In this document: piece after piece, positions 10,210 through 19,835 of the stretch
How the letters are laid out: each line of letters opens with the position of its first letter
Numbering within the stretch: position 1 is the stretch's first letter
DNA from: Akkermansia sp.
GTDB taxonomy: Bacteria > Verrucomicrobiota > Verrucomicrobiia > Verrucomicrobiales > Akkermansiaceae
NCBI GenBank assembly: GCA_036644695.1
Contig: JAVXPO010000001.1
Coordinates: 12,776-76,775, forward strand
Direction: 5' to 3'
Length of the DNA: 64,000 nucleotides
Position numbers and translations under genes: made by a program
Notes under the pieces: generated by a model
Told to the model about the DNA's origin: nothing
Databases searched by the model: none
What the model saw: the letters and a program-made list of their open reading frames with translations, nothing else

Positions 10210-10809
10210 ATGCAGGACTCGAATAATATCAAAGACATGACGGACGAAGAACTCGTTCGTCATGCACAAGAGGGTAATACAAAAGCCTATGATGAACTCG
10301 TCATTCGCCATAGTAGGAAGTTGCATGCTACTCTCTACCAAATGACGAGCAACTATGACGATGCCTATGACATTGCACAAGAGGCATTTGCCAAAGCATA
10401 TCGCTCTCTTCGATTCTTCAATGGGCAGAGTGCCTTCTACACATGGCTACACTCCATCGCCATCAACCACGCAAGGAATTTCCTCAAACGACGTAATAAA
10501 CGTGCTACCTTTAGTCTCGACGATGACGAGTTTGGCGACCATGCCGAAAAAGACATGCACCTCGCTGACGAATCTCTTGGATCAGACCCCGAGAAATCTG
10601 TTCAAATGTCTGAACTCCAAGGGAAACTCAGGGAATCACTCAAAAAACTCTCTGACAAGCATCGAGAAGTAGTCGTAATGCACGATATTAAAGGACTTAG
10701 CCACAGTGAAATAAGTGTTGCATTAGGTATTTCAGAAGGAACGCTTAGATCTCGACTCCATTACGCTCATCAACAGCTACAGTCGATGCTTTCGGAATAT
10801 ATCAATTAA
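10210..10809 (+). CDS. ECF sigma-70 family sigma factor
   Basis: Region 2 (AYDIAQEAFAKAY...FYTWLHSIAIN) and region 4 (LSHSEISVALGISEGTLRSRLH). Confidence 0.95.
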   Translation: MQDSNNIKDMTDEELVRHAQEGNTKAYDELVIRHSRKLHATLYQMTSNYDDAYDIAQEAFAKAYRSLRFFNGQSAFYTWLHSIAINHARNFLKRRNKRATFSLDDDEFGDHAEKDMHLADESLGSDPEKSVQMSELQGKLRESLKKLSDKHREVVVMHDIKGLSHSEISVALGISEGTLRSRLHYAHQQLQSMLSEYIN

Positions 10810-10891
10810 TATTGAACAAATCAGTCATTCACATTGTCGTACCAACCAAGAGATAGTTGTGACGCTCAACTATTTCAGAAACATTATAACT

Positions 10892-11344
10892 ATGGACACA
10901 AAATCCGACCCTGCATCAGAGGACAACATGATACAACTCTTGTCTACCCTGCGCAAAGATCCAGCTTATCAAGATGACTTTGAAGAAAAATTTCTTGATG
11001 AGATGTATCAACGTAGATCTCAAGAGCTCGTACGCAAGCCCCTCTGGGAATTGATTGGAGAACAAGCTCATGCTTATTTGCAGAATTTCCGTGGTTGGAA
11101 ATGGGCGTATGGAGCCATGGGCGCCGTAACCGTCTTGGCTCTTGGTGGCATCGCGCTCATAGACTCAGATAATTCTTATTCGGATGATGGAACTCCCAAT
11201 GCAGGATCCATCTTCGGCGCAAATGATATCGGACCGAGACTACAGCCTGTCAGCATTGAAAATGGCATTCCTATCGAATCTCATACGGCTCCAGAACAAA
11301 ATAAAAAGATTGTTCCCGTCTCACGTCAATTAAGAGAATTTTAA
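10892..11344 (+). CDS. Probable single-pass anti-sigma factor
   Basis: Directly follows the ECF sigma; short cytoplasmic N-terminus, one TM (WAYGAMGAVTVLALGGIALI), short C-terminus. Likely start MDTKSD at 10892. Confidence 0.6.
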   Translation: MDTKSDPASEDNMIQLLSTLRKDPAYQDDFEEKFLDEMYQRRSQELVRKPLWELIGEQAHAYLQNFRGWKWAYGAMGAVTVLALGGIALIDSDNSYSDDGTPNAGSIFGANDIGPRLQPVSIENGIPIESHTAPEQNKKIVPVSRQLREF

Positions 11345-11366
11345 TAGAAACGACATTATCATTCAC

Positions 11367-12263
11367 ATGAATGTTTTTTTATCGGCGCTCGCCTTGGTAC
11401 TTTTTTGTTCTCAAGCGAGCGTTTTTGCCTCTCCACAACACATAGAATATCAGCTTAACTGTAACGACCAGCAAGAGAATAATACATGTCGTATCACTTG
11501 CGTTATCGCCTTAGCACCAGATATTGTGGCAGCTATTGTTCCTGCTCCTCTCTTGATGGGAAATGAATCATGTACACTATCTATTTCTAAAATCACTGAT
11601 GAAAAAAATAATCCCGTCTCTTGTAAGCTTTTTGCTAAAGAAGCATTGACGGGTCTAGCACTCTTCAAATTAGAAAAAAAACTTTCTACATACACTCCGA
11701 CAAAAGATGCTGATTCTTATCAAATAAGCAAAGGAGAAAAGCTCCAATTCTCCCTTCAAAATGGTGAGATTATGGAGGGAATTTGTATTGGCATGGAGCA
11801 TACTTGTTCTGGCATCAACTTCCCCTTACCCCTCCTACGCGTTCAATTCCCTCTATCGTCACCGCCCATCATGGGACAGGCATGTTTTACAAAAAATGGT
11901 GACTTCGCAGGAATGGTCATTGGCATGTCACCCAAAGGGGGAGGGCATATTCTTCCAGCCGAGGCAATACGTCATTTACTTCAGAACCCTAAGGCTAAAA
12001 GAATCCGTTTAGGATGCCTCTTAGACATCAACGGATCTAGCCCTGAAATCATCGGGCTCGTCAACGGAGGTCCCCTACAAAAAGCAGGGGTACATCCCAA
12101 TGACATCCTCTTATCCATCAATCAATATCCAATTGATACTTACGATGATTTCTTAAAAGCAACTTACTACATCCCTGCCAATACCTCTGTGACAATCAAA
12201 ATCATTCGCAATACAGAAATTGTAGAAATTAAAGATATACAGCCAGCCCAAGAAGATCGCTAA
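11367..12263 (+). CDS. HtrA-like trypsin-fold plus PDZ protein lacking the catalytic triad
   Basis: Signal peptide; C-terminal PDZ (GGPLQKAGVHPNDILLSIN); protease-like segments TGLALFKL and PIMGQACFTKNGDFAGM lack the usual Asp and Ser. Confidence 0.7.
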   Translation: MNVFLSALALVLFCSQASVFASPQHIEYQLNCNDQQENNTCRITCVIALAPDIVAAIVPAPLLMGNESCTLSISKITDEKNNPVSCKLFAKEALTGLALFKLEKKLSTYTPTKDADSYQISKGEKLQFSLQNGEIMEGICIGMEHTCSGINFPLPLLRVQFPLSSPPIMGQACFTKNGDFAGMVIGMSPKGGGHILPAEAIRHLLQNPKAKRIRLGCLLDINGSSPEIIGLVNGGPLQKAGVHPNDILLSINQYPIDTYDDFLKATYYIPANTSVTIKIIRNTEIVEIKDIQPAQEDR

Positions 12264-12345
12264 TCCCCACCCCAATAACTTTTGATTGATGTCAGCATTC
12301 GAAATGTAATACTGACAAATGAAATCATTTGATTATGATTAGTCA

Positions 12346-14127
12346 ATGCGTTCCCTAGCACTATCTTTTTGCTCAGCTCTACTCCTCACCTCATTGTGTT
12401 TTGGCTCACAAGAAAAAGGTCAACCAGAGATTGTTGCCATCCCTCCTGCCGATGGAGGTCGCGGACTCATTCGAGTCAATGCACAAGAAATACGCCATTA
12501 TTCAGGGAACCGCAAAGCTCCCGACTATTTAGTCAGCAAAGACAATGGCAAAACATGGAAATTGCAACAAGCGCCTGACTCATATCCTCCCAATTTTGGA
12601 GGAATCCCCAAAGAATCACCTGACATTGAGAGAAATCCCATTACAAAGGAATTCATCCGAGTACAACCCATTGGAGGCTTTGTCTTTTTAAGCCAAGGGG
12701 GACTAGATGGTACTTGGTCTGCCGTCACAAAAGATGGTAAATTGGAGAAAGATTGGAAAGATGCAGAGAAAAGGAAAAATCTACTCACCCTCAGAGGCAT
12801 CATGCGCTCACCCCTCTTTGTCAATAAGGGGAAACGCATCATCATCCCCACTCATGAAATGGGCAAAGGCACTTGGTTCCACATCTCTGATGATGGAGGA
12901 CTCACATGGAAACCCTCAAAAGACACCATTACCTCACCCCAATTTGAGGTCAAGCCCCCCGAACAAGGCTCTCGATGGTACAATAACGGAGTAGAGGCTA
13001 GCGTTGTTGAACTTGCCAATGGCACACTCTACTCACTCGTTAGAACGTCAATGGATCAACATTATGAATCCTTCTCCAAGGATTTTGGCAACACATGGAC
13101 AAAATCCCAACCCTCACGTTTCTTTGGCACATTAACCATGCCCACTCTTGGTAAATTAGACAACGGCACACTCGTCGCCCTATGGACTAATGCTCGCCCC
13201 CTCCCAGAAAATAAAAAAGCAGGTAATGGTAAATGGGAAGACGTATTCACCAACCGAGACACCATTCATATCGCCCTTTCCAACACAAATGGGAAAACAT
13301 GGTATGGCTTTCGTGAGATACTCTTGGAAGAACACCGCAATAAAGGTGACTTTGCCACGATGAATGGACCTGAAGACAGAGGCAAACATCAGAGTCAATT
13401 CGTCCAACTCGACAAAAATAAAATACTCGTCTCGCTAGGACAACACCCCTGTCATCGTAAACTCGTCATCGTCGATACAAGATGGGTTGGAGCAAAAACA
13501 CGCGCCACCCAAGTAGGGAAAAATCCAGAAGAATGGACGACACACACCTACATCCCTCAAGTCAAAGGACATTGCAGTTACAATCGTAAAGCAAGCTGTG
13601 AATTAGTCCCTGCCCCCGATACAGACTCTAAAAAAGTTCTTCAAATCAAACGACTAAATGCCCCAGAGCTCGTCAATACCGAGGCTAATGTTGATTATCA
13701 AAATGGAGGTGCCACATGGAATTTCCCCAATGGAACAACTGGTGCGCTCAAATTCAAATTTCGCATTGCCAACGGAAACCAAGCCAAAGATTCAGGGCTT
13801 CATATTTCACTCATGGATCGGCTCTTCAATGCATGCGATACCAATGCGCCAGATAACGCAATCTTTAGTTTCCCTATCGTCATTAACCCCTCACCTCATT
13901 TAGTCATCAATGGACAAAAAATCCCATTCGCCCCACAAACATGGCATCAAATGAGCATCGTCTGGGTCAATAACCAAGCAAGCATCTCTCTCGATGGCAA
14001 ACCAGTTGGCAAATTACAGCAACATCAAAAGACACCAAACGGCATCAGCTATATCCATTTCATCAGCACCGCCACTCAACCTGATAGCGGTGTTTTACTC
14101 GATGATGTCGCAGTTAAGGTCAAATAA
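12346..14127 (+). CDS. Secreted Asp-box (BNR) beta-propeller sialidase-like glycosidase with C-terminal beta-sandwich
   Basis: Signal peptide; Asp-boxes SKDNGKTW, SDDGGLTW, SKDFGNTW, SNTNGKTW; motif EDRGKHQ. Confidence 0.85.
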   Translation: MRSLALSFCSALLLTSLCFGSQEKGQPEIVAIPPADGGRGLIRVNAQEIRHYSGNRKAPDYLVSKDNGKTWKLQQAPDSYPPNFGGIPKESPDIERNPITKEFIRVQPIGGFVFLSQGGLDGTWSAVTKDGKLEKDWKDAEKRKNLLTLRGIMRSPLFVNKGKRIIIPTHEMGKGTWFHISDDGGLTWKPSKDTITSPQFEVKPPEQGSRWYNNGVEASVVELANGTLYSLVRTSMDQHYESFSKDFGNTWTKSQPSRFFGTLTMPTLGKLDNGTLVALWTNARPLPENKKAGNGKWEDVFTNRDTIHIALSNTNGKTWYGFREILLEEHRNKGDFATMNGPEDRGKHQSQFVQLDKNKILVSLGQHPCHRKLVIVDTRWVGAKTRATQVGKNPEEWTTHTYIPQVKGHCSYNRKASCELVPAPDTDSKKVLQIKRLNAPELVNTEANVDYQNGGATWNFPNGTTGALKFKFRIANGNQAKDSGLHISLMDRLFNACDTNAPDNAIFSFPIVINPSPHLVINGQKIPFAPQTWHQMSIVWVNNQASISLDGKPVGKLQQHQKTPNGISYIHFISTATQPDSGVLLDDVAVKVK

Positions 14128-14160
14128 TGACCCGACAACGGTATCCATTGCTCCCTCTCA

Positions 14161-14547
14161 TCATGAGCGGAAGCAATGAACGACCGTATGATCACCGCGA
14201 CCTCTGACATGAACTCTCTTACCTTGATCTCTAGGTAAAAATAACTTGGACGAAATAATCGTTACAAATTCGCTTAAATCAAAAATCTCATCGTCTGGAT
14301 GGCATCCTAACTCAGCTGATACCAATACAGTCTCTGTACTAAAATCAACCTGAATGGCAAAAAGAGCAGTCTTGTAAATATGAGAAGTCGAGTCACCTTG
14401 ACGATCAGATACAAGATGCTCTAACAACCACTTATACGCATATTCACTCTCCAAATCTTCCAATAACTCCTGCATCAAAGAATCAGGTATTGGGAGCCCC
14501 CGGCTATCTCTAGTCAATTTCTTAAAGTTTATTCTATTTGTAATCAT
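14161..14547 (-). CDS. Hypothetical protein, 128 aa
   Basis: Fills the gap between the sialidase and SurA genes with no competing long ORF; acidic core; no confident family. Confidence 0.55.
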   Translation of the reverse strand: MITNRINFKKLTRDSRGLPIPDSLMQELLEDLESEYAYKWLLEHLVSDRQGDSTSHIYKTALFAIQVDFSTETVLVSAELGCHPDDEIFDLSEFVTIISSKLFLPRDQGKRVHVRGRGDHTVVHCFRS

Positions 14548-14744
14548 GGTCGTATTAGATGTTTTGAGGAGGCCTCATGCCAGCTCCATAGGGATAGACT
14601 CTCCTTATTAAACAGTCGTTCAACTTTCATTCAACAAATAATCAATTTTTTGAACCTCTCCCTGAGTCCTAAAATGTGGAAATTTGACAAAGAAGAGCTA
14701 CATACCGACATTTCTATTGTCTCCTTGGCTAGAGCCTATACTAT

Positions 14745-15851
14745 ATGAACTATATGAAGCGCATGTTCCTTTCCGCATCTTCTGGCATTGCACTCCTTTC
14801 GTCTGCCCTACTTGCTCTACCTGCTATCGCACAGCAGGGGTCATTATTTGAAGCAGGACCATTGCCAAGCACACCGAATGGAGCACCAGCTGCTCAACAG
14901 CAAACACAGCAAGCTAAACCAAAAGCTCAAGCTCAAATAATTAACAGAGTTGCTGCTACCGTCAACGGACGCCCCATTACAGCTAATGAAGTCAGCTTTT
15001 TACTCATGCCCATAGGAGGTCAATTAGCTACTCTTTACCCAAGACAAGGTCCAGAGTTTCAAAAACAACTGACAAAAGCAAAAAGAGACATCATCAATGA
15101 TCTCATTGAGCGTGAACTTGTCTTGTGTGACTTTGAGACAAAGGGGTACCAAATGAGAGACTCGATTATCGACCAAGAGGTCGCTCGCACCATCAAAGAA
15201 ACCTTTAATGGCAATCGTGATAAATTCTTAGCCAACTTAAAAAACTCGGGACTAAATATTCGTTCATTCAAAGACCTTACCAAACGTCGTCTCATTGTCA
15301 TGGCAATGCGTTCCTCTAAATATGATCAGGACATCCCCCCAACACCTGATGAAATCAACAAGGAATACAACGCGACGAAGAGTCATTTTAGAGATATGAC
15401 TAAGGATCGCATCAAATTTAAAAAAATCTTTATTCCTATGCGAGGTGAAGATCCATCTGCCACGCCAGAAGTCCAGCTCAGCCTTAGTGAGCTAATTACC
15501 AAGGAGCTTCAGAGTGGCAAAGCAAGCTTTGCAGAGATGGCAGCAAAATACTCCAAAGACCAAATGGCAGATAAGGGAGGGGATTGGCCCATTACTGTTA
15601 GAGAAAACCTCTCTCCAGAATTCACTGCCATCATGTTTAATGCACCAGAGAATAAAATCATCGGTCCCCTCATCGACCCAAATGGCTTTATGATTGTTAT
15701 TGTAGAAAAGAAAGAATTGGCGCCACCCCCACCTTTATCCAAAATTAAAAAACAAATTGACTCACAAGTCCGCAGTAAACGCAGTAATGAGCGTTATCAG
15801 CAATGGGTCAATAGATTACGCAATAAGGCAATTATCAAGACTTTCATTTGA
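14745..15851 (+). CDS. SurA/PrsA-type peptidyl-prolyl isomerase chaperone
   Basis: SurA N-domain (VAATVNGRPIT...INDLIERELV) and parvulin domain (SFAEMAAKYSKD...KGGDW). Confidence 0.9.
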   Translation: MNYMKRMFLSASSGIALLSSALLALPAIAQQGSLFEAGPLPSTPNGAPAAQQQTQQAKPKAQAQIINRVAATVNGRPITANEVSFLLMPIGGQLATLYPRQGPEFQKQLTKAKRDIINDLIERELVLCDFETKGYQMRDSIIDQEVARTIKETFNGNRDKFLANLKNSGLNIRSFKDLTKRRLIVMAMRSSKYDQDIPPTPDEINKEYNATKSHFRDMTKDRIKFKKIFIPMRGEDPSATPEVQLSLSELITKELQSGKASFAEMAAKYSKDQMADKGGDWPITVRENLSPEFTAIMFNAPENKIIGPLIDPNGFMIVIVEKKELAPPPPLSKIKKQIDSQVRSKRSNERYQQWVNRLRNKAIIKTFI

Positions 15852-15863
15852 TTATTTGCTATA

Positions 15864-15897
15864 AAAAATGTCACAGGTACAAACCTGTGACATTTTT
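15864..15897. terminator. Bidirectional intrinsic terminator
   Basis: AAAAATGTCACAGGT-ACAA-ACCTGTGACATTTTT, 12 nt after the SurA stop, between convergent genes. Confidence 0.8.
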
Positions 15898-15911
15898 CTC
15901 TTTGTTGTAGC

Positions 15912-15934
15912 CTGGTGGAGAACGTGTTGTGTTA
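15912..15934 (-). repeat. Dispersed repeat, copy 1 (TAAYRCAACACGTTCTCCWCCAG)
   Basis: 20/23 identical to 48007..48029, opposite orientation. Confidence 0.65.
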
Positions 15935-16089
15935 ACGGAGCAAAGCGGAGTGTTGGCATTATCTTCTCTCCTAAGCCCAAGAGGCGGGCTCACCGCAGGG
16001 TAAATTGTCAATCGATAACGGCGAAGCGAAGCAAGGACGAAATAAGACGGCGGTGAAAATGGGTAAGGTCATGATAAGCCGTTATTAGC

Positions 16090-16962
16090 TTATTTTTGTC
16101 TCTCTACTAACTGGAGGAGATATTGTCCGTACCCTGTCTTTTCTAATTGTTGCCCAGCTTTTTTTACCTGATCGCTAGTGAGCCATCCATTGGCAAAGCC
16201 AATTTCTTCAAGGCAGGCAACCTTAAACCCTTGATGATACTCAATGGTTCGCACAAAAAGAGAGGCCTCTAAAAGAGAATCATGAGTCCCTGTATCTAAC
16301 CAAGTAAATCCACGTTTCAAAATTTGAACAGATAGTTTATTGCGTCGCAAATATTCTTGATTGATTGAGGTAATTTCTAATTCACCGCGAGCCGATGGTT
16401 TGACTGCTTTGGCAATAGAGACGACATCCTTATCGTAAAAATATAATCCAGTCACCGCTAAATCAGATTTTGGATGTGTGGGTTTTTCCTCTAAGGATAA
16501 AGCTTTGCCTTCTTCATCAATTTCAACGACGCCAAAGCGTTCAGGGTCTGGGACTTGATAGCCAAAAACTGTTGCTCCATCTGACTTTGATGCAGCATCT
16601 TTTAGTTTATTACTCAAGCCTTGCCCATAGAAAATATTATCTCCTAATACTAAAGCGACAGAATCAGAGTCAATAAAATCCTCTCCGATTAAAAAAGCTT
16701 GAGCTAATCCAGCAGGAGTAGCTTGCTCGGCATACGAAAGGTTAATTCCAAAATCATCCCCAGTGCCAAGCAATTGGCGATACATGGGTAAATCTTGAGG
16801 GGTTGAGATAATTAAAATATCTTTAATCCCTGACAGCATTAAAACAGACAAAGGGTAATACACCATCGGCTTATCGTAGATAGGCAATAGTTGCTTTGAT
16901 ACCCCTCGCGTGACAGGATGCAATCGCGATCCACTGCCACCAGCTAAAATAATACCTTTCAT
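16090..16962 (-). CDS. rfbA: Glucose-1-phosphate thymidylyltransferase
   Basis: [16 protein letters not shown]...[22 protein letters not shown]. Confidence 0.98.
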   Translation of the reverse strand: MKGIILAGGSGSRLHPVTRGVSKQLLPIYDKPMVYYPLSVLMLSGIKDILIISTPQDLPMYRQLLGTGDDFGINLSYAEQATPAGLAQAFLIGEDFIDSDSVALVLGDNIFYGQGLSNKLKDAASKSDGATVFGYQVPDPERFGVVEIDEEGKALSLEEKPTHPKSDLAVTGLYFYDKDVVSIAKAVKPSARGELEITSINQEYLRRNKLSVQILKRGFTWLDTGTHDSLLEASLFVRTIEYHQGFKVACLEEIGFANGWLTSDQVKKAGQQLEKTGYGQYLLQLVERQK

Positions 16963-18029
16963 TTCGATGTGCTTCCTGTTGAGTTCTTCTTGCCCAATCG
17001 TTCTAATTGATAAGAACCATCGAGAATATCACGCCACCACGATTCATGCTCCAAATACCACTGAACAGTTTGGACAAATCCAGATTCATTATCTTGTTTA
17101 GGGCTCCATCCTAAATCTCTACGTATTTTACTCGCATTGATTGCATATCGGGCATCGTGTCCTGGTCGGTCAGTGACAAAAGTGATTAAATCCTGATATG
17201 ATCCCTGCTCACGCGGGCGTAATTTATCAAGGATACGACATAAGAGACGTACAAGATCAATATTGCGCATCTCGTTATTCCCTCCAATGTTATAAGTTTC
17301 CCCAGGGGTACCCTTGGTTAAAACAGTCTCAAGAGCTTCTGCATGATCGTGGACAAAAAGCCAGTCTCTAATATTAGCCCCTGTCCCATAAACAGGGATA
17401 GCATCTCCTCGTAACGCTTTCAGAATAACGACAGGAATCAATTTCTCAGGAAATTGATAAGGTCCATAATTATTGGAGCAATTCGTTACCAAGACGGGCA
17501 ACCCATACGTATCCCCCCATGCACGAGCTAAATGATCACTCGATGCCTTACTGGCAGAATAAGGTGAATGTGGATCATACGCCGTCGTTTCGACAAATTG
17601 TCCGTCATCCCCTAGGCTACCATATACCTCATCTGTCGATACATGGAGAAAGCGAAATTCACATTTTGCTTCTGGAGCCAGACTTTCATAATAAAATCTA
17701 GCAGCCTGTAACATCGAAAAGGTTCCCAACACATTTGTTTCAATAAAGGCGCCTGGACCATCAATTGAGCGATCAACGTGAGACTCTGCCGCAAGATGCA
17801 TCACTCCAGATGGCTTAAACGAACGAAAAGCCTCATTCACCTTTTCTGTATCACAAATATCACACAAGAGGAAAGAATAAGCAGAATTTCCTTCTAAATC
17901 TTTTAACGAAGCAAGATTCCCTGCATACGTCAATTTATCAATATTAAGTACCTCATGCCCATGAGCAATCAAGGATCTTACTAAATTTGAGCCAATAAAT
18001 CCAGCTCCGCCGGTAACGATAATTCTCAT
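16959..18029 (-). CDS. rfbB: dTDP-glucose 4,6-dehydratase
   Basis: [36 protein letters not shown]; likely start MRIIV at 18029. Confidence 0.98.
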   Translation of the reverse strand: MRIIVTGGAGFIGSNLVRSLIAHGHEVLNIDKLTYAGNLASLKDLEGNSAYSFLLCDICDTEKVNEAFRSFKPSGVMHLAAESHVDRSIDGPGAFIETNVLGTFSMLQAARFYYESLAPEAKCEFRFLHVSTDEVYGSLGDDGQFVETTAYDPHSPYSASKASSDHLARAWGDTYGLPVLVTNCSNNYGPYQFPEKLIPVVILKALRGDAIPVYGTGANIRDWLFVHDHAEALETVLTKGTPGETYNIGGNNEMRNIDLVRLLCRILDKLRPREQGSYQDLITFVTDRPGHDARYAINASKIRRDLGWSPKQDNESGFVQTVQWYLEHESWWRDILDGSYQLERLGKKNSTGSTSK

Positions 18030-18157
18030 AGTAATAAACGTTTTTACTGGAAGTGATAATGAACTATACTTTCTTTTCATTCAAGAAAACAAAGTAAAAT
18101 AAAAATATGGGATATTTCTTGATTGATTTAGCCACGCATTAGGCACATCTTGACATC

Positions 18158-19780
18158 ATGAAACAAGCTGACTTTCAAGAATGTATTTCTCGTCTTGGCA
18201 TCCCATCTGAATACGTCATCCCTTACGGATTTGACAAAGCAAAAATTTCACTCAATGCCCTCAATACTCCATCGAGGAACGGTAAACTTATTCTCGTATC
18301 TGCCATTACTCCGACCCCCTCAGGTGAAGGCAAGACAACCGTATCCATCGGGCTTGCTCAAGGTTTAAAAGCAATTGGTAAAAACTCGTGTCTAGCACTC
18401 CGTCAACCCTCCATGGGTCCCGTTTTTGGACGCAAAGGAGGTGCAACTGGTGGAGGTAAAAGCACGCTCTTGCCTTCTGATGAAATTAACATGCACTTTA
18501 CGGGAGACTTTCATGCGATTACCTCAGCCCACAATCTCATCAGTGCTATTATTGATAACGCCTTATTTTTCCATTCCATCTCTTTAGATGAAAGGAAAGT
18601 AACATGGAAGAGAGTCATGGATATGAATGACCGTTCCTTGCGTTCCATCATTATTGGTCTCAATAAACAAGGAGTTCCTAGAGAAAGCGCATTTGATATT
18701 ACTCCAGCATCTGAGATTATGGCATGCCTTTGTCTTGCCTCTGATTATAAAGACTTACAACAACGCATCGACCGAATTGTCATTGGATTTACAACCGATG
18801 ATCACCCCGTTTTTGCCAGTACACTTGGAGTCACGGGATCAGTCATGGCTATACTACGAGATGCGCTAATGCCTAATCTTGTACGTACAGTAGAAAATGT
18901 CCCCTGCTTCTTACATGGAGGTCCCTTTGCTAATATTGCTCATGGGTGCAATTCTGTTCTCGCAACTAAAATGGCACTTCATTTTAGCGATTATGCCGTC
19001 ACCGAAGCTGGATTTGCCTTTGATTTAGGCGCGGAAAAATTCATGGATATCAAATGTAGACAATCTGGACTTTCTCCCGATGCCATTGTCATCGTTGCTA
19101 CAGCACGAGCACTTAAAATGCACGGGGGCACCGTCCTTGAAGACCTTAAAATAACAGACATTTCTGCACTAAAACGAGGATTTGCTAACTTGGAGGCACA
19201 TTTAGAAGCGGCAAAACACTTCCATCGCCCTATTGTTGTTGCCATCAACCGTTTTGCTGATGATTCAGAAGAAGAATTACAAACAATCCGTGATTTTTGT
19301 GCACAGCACCATATTGATTGTGCCGTTGCCGACATTTTTGCCAATGGGGGTGATGGGGGACGAGAATTAGCAGAAAAAGTTGTATTTGCAGCATCCCAGC
19401 CATCTCCCTCCTTTAAGCCACTCTACAGTTCAGACATGCCTGTCATCGAAAAGATTAGAACGATTGCTATCAAAATTTACGGGGCAAAAGATATAGAATT
19501 AACGCCAGCAGCTCAGAAAAAACTCTCTTTATTCATTTCAAATGGATTAGCTAAGCTACCCATCTGCATGGCTAAAACACAAAATTCTCTATCAGATAAT
19601 GGTAAATTAAAAGGCCGACCCAAAGATTTTATCATTACAATCAGAGATTTTGAAATAGCCAATGGTGCAGGTTATCTTGTTGCCCTTTGTGGAGAAATTA
19701 TGCGCATGCCCGCTCTACCTAAAATACCTAATGCTTTGTCCATTTATCTCGGAGACGACGATCAAATCCATGGATTATAA
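18158..19780 (+). CDS. fhs: Formate--tetrahydrofolate ligase
   Basis: TPTPSGEGKTT, KGGATGGG, HFTGDFHAIT, HGGPFANIAHGCNS, MRMPALP. Confidence 0.98.
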   Translation: MKQADFQECISRLGIPSEYVIPYGFDKAKISLNALNTPSRNGKLILVSAITPTPSGEGKTTVSIGLAQGLKAIGKNSCLALRQPSMGPVFGRKGGATGGGKSTLLPSDEINMHFTGDFHAITSAHNLISAIIDNALFFHSISLDERKVTWKRVMDMNDRSLRSIIIGLNKQGVPRESAFDITPASEIMACLCLASDYKDLQQRIDRIVIGFTTDDHPVFASTLGVTGSVMAILRDALMPNLVRTVENVPCFLHGGPFANIAHGCNSVLATKMALHFSDYAVTEAGFAFDLGAEKFMDIKCRQSGLSPDAIVIVATARALKMHGGTVLEDLKITDISALKRGFANLEAHLEAAKHFHRPIVVAINRFADDSEEELQTIRDFCAQHHIDCAVADIFANGGDGGRELAEKVVFAASQPSPSFKPLYSSDMPVIEKIRTIAIKIYGAKDIELTPAAQKKLSLFISNGLAKLPICMAKTQNSLSDNGKLKGRPKDFIITIRDFEIANGAGYLVALCGEIMRMPALPKIPNALSIYLGDDDQIHGL

Positions 19781-19835
19781 TTCGTGACCGTATTGCCGAT
19801 TACGTCTTGATTTTGATAGCGTCATCCCTCAAACT

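Noticed and set aside
12290-12317. TGTCAG-N16-CTGACA inverted repeat upstream of the sialidase
   Set aside because: Only 6-bp arms and no second copy; could be an operator but is within chance expectation.
16090-18029. rfbBA without rfbCD as a sign of a novel sugar pathway
   Set aside because: Split rml genes are common; the missing genes may be elsewhere in the genome.
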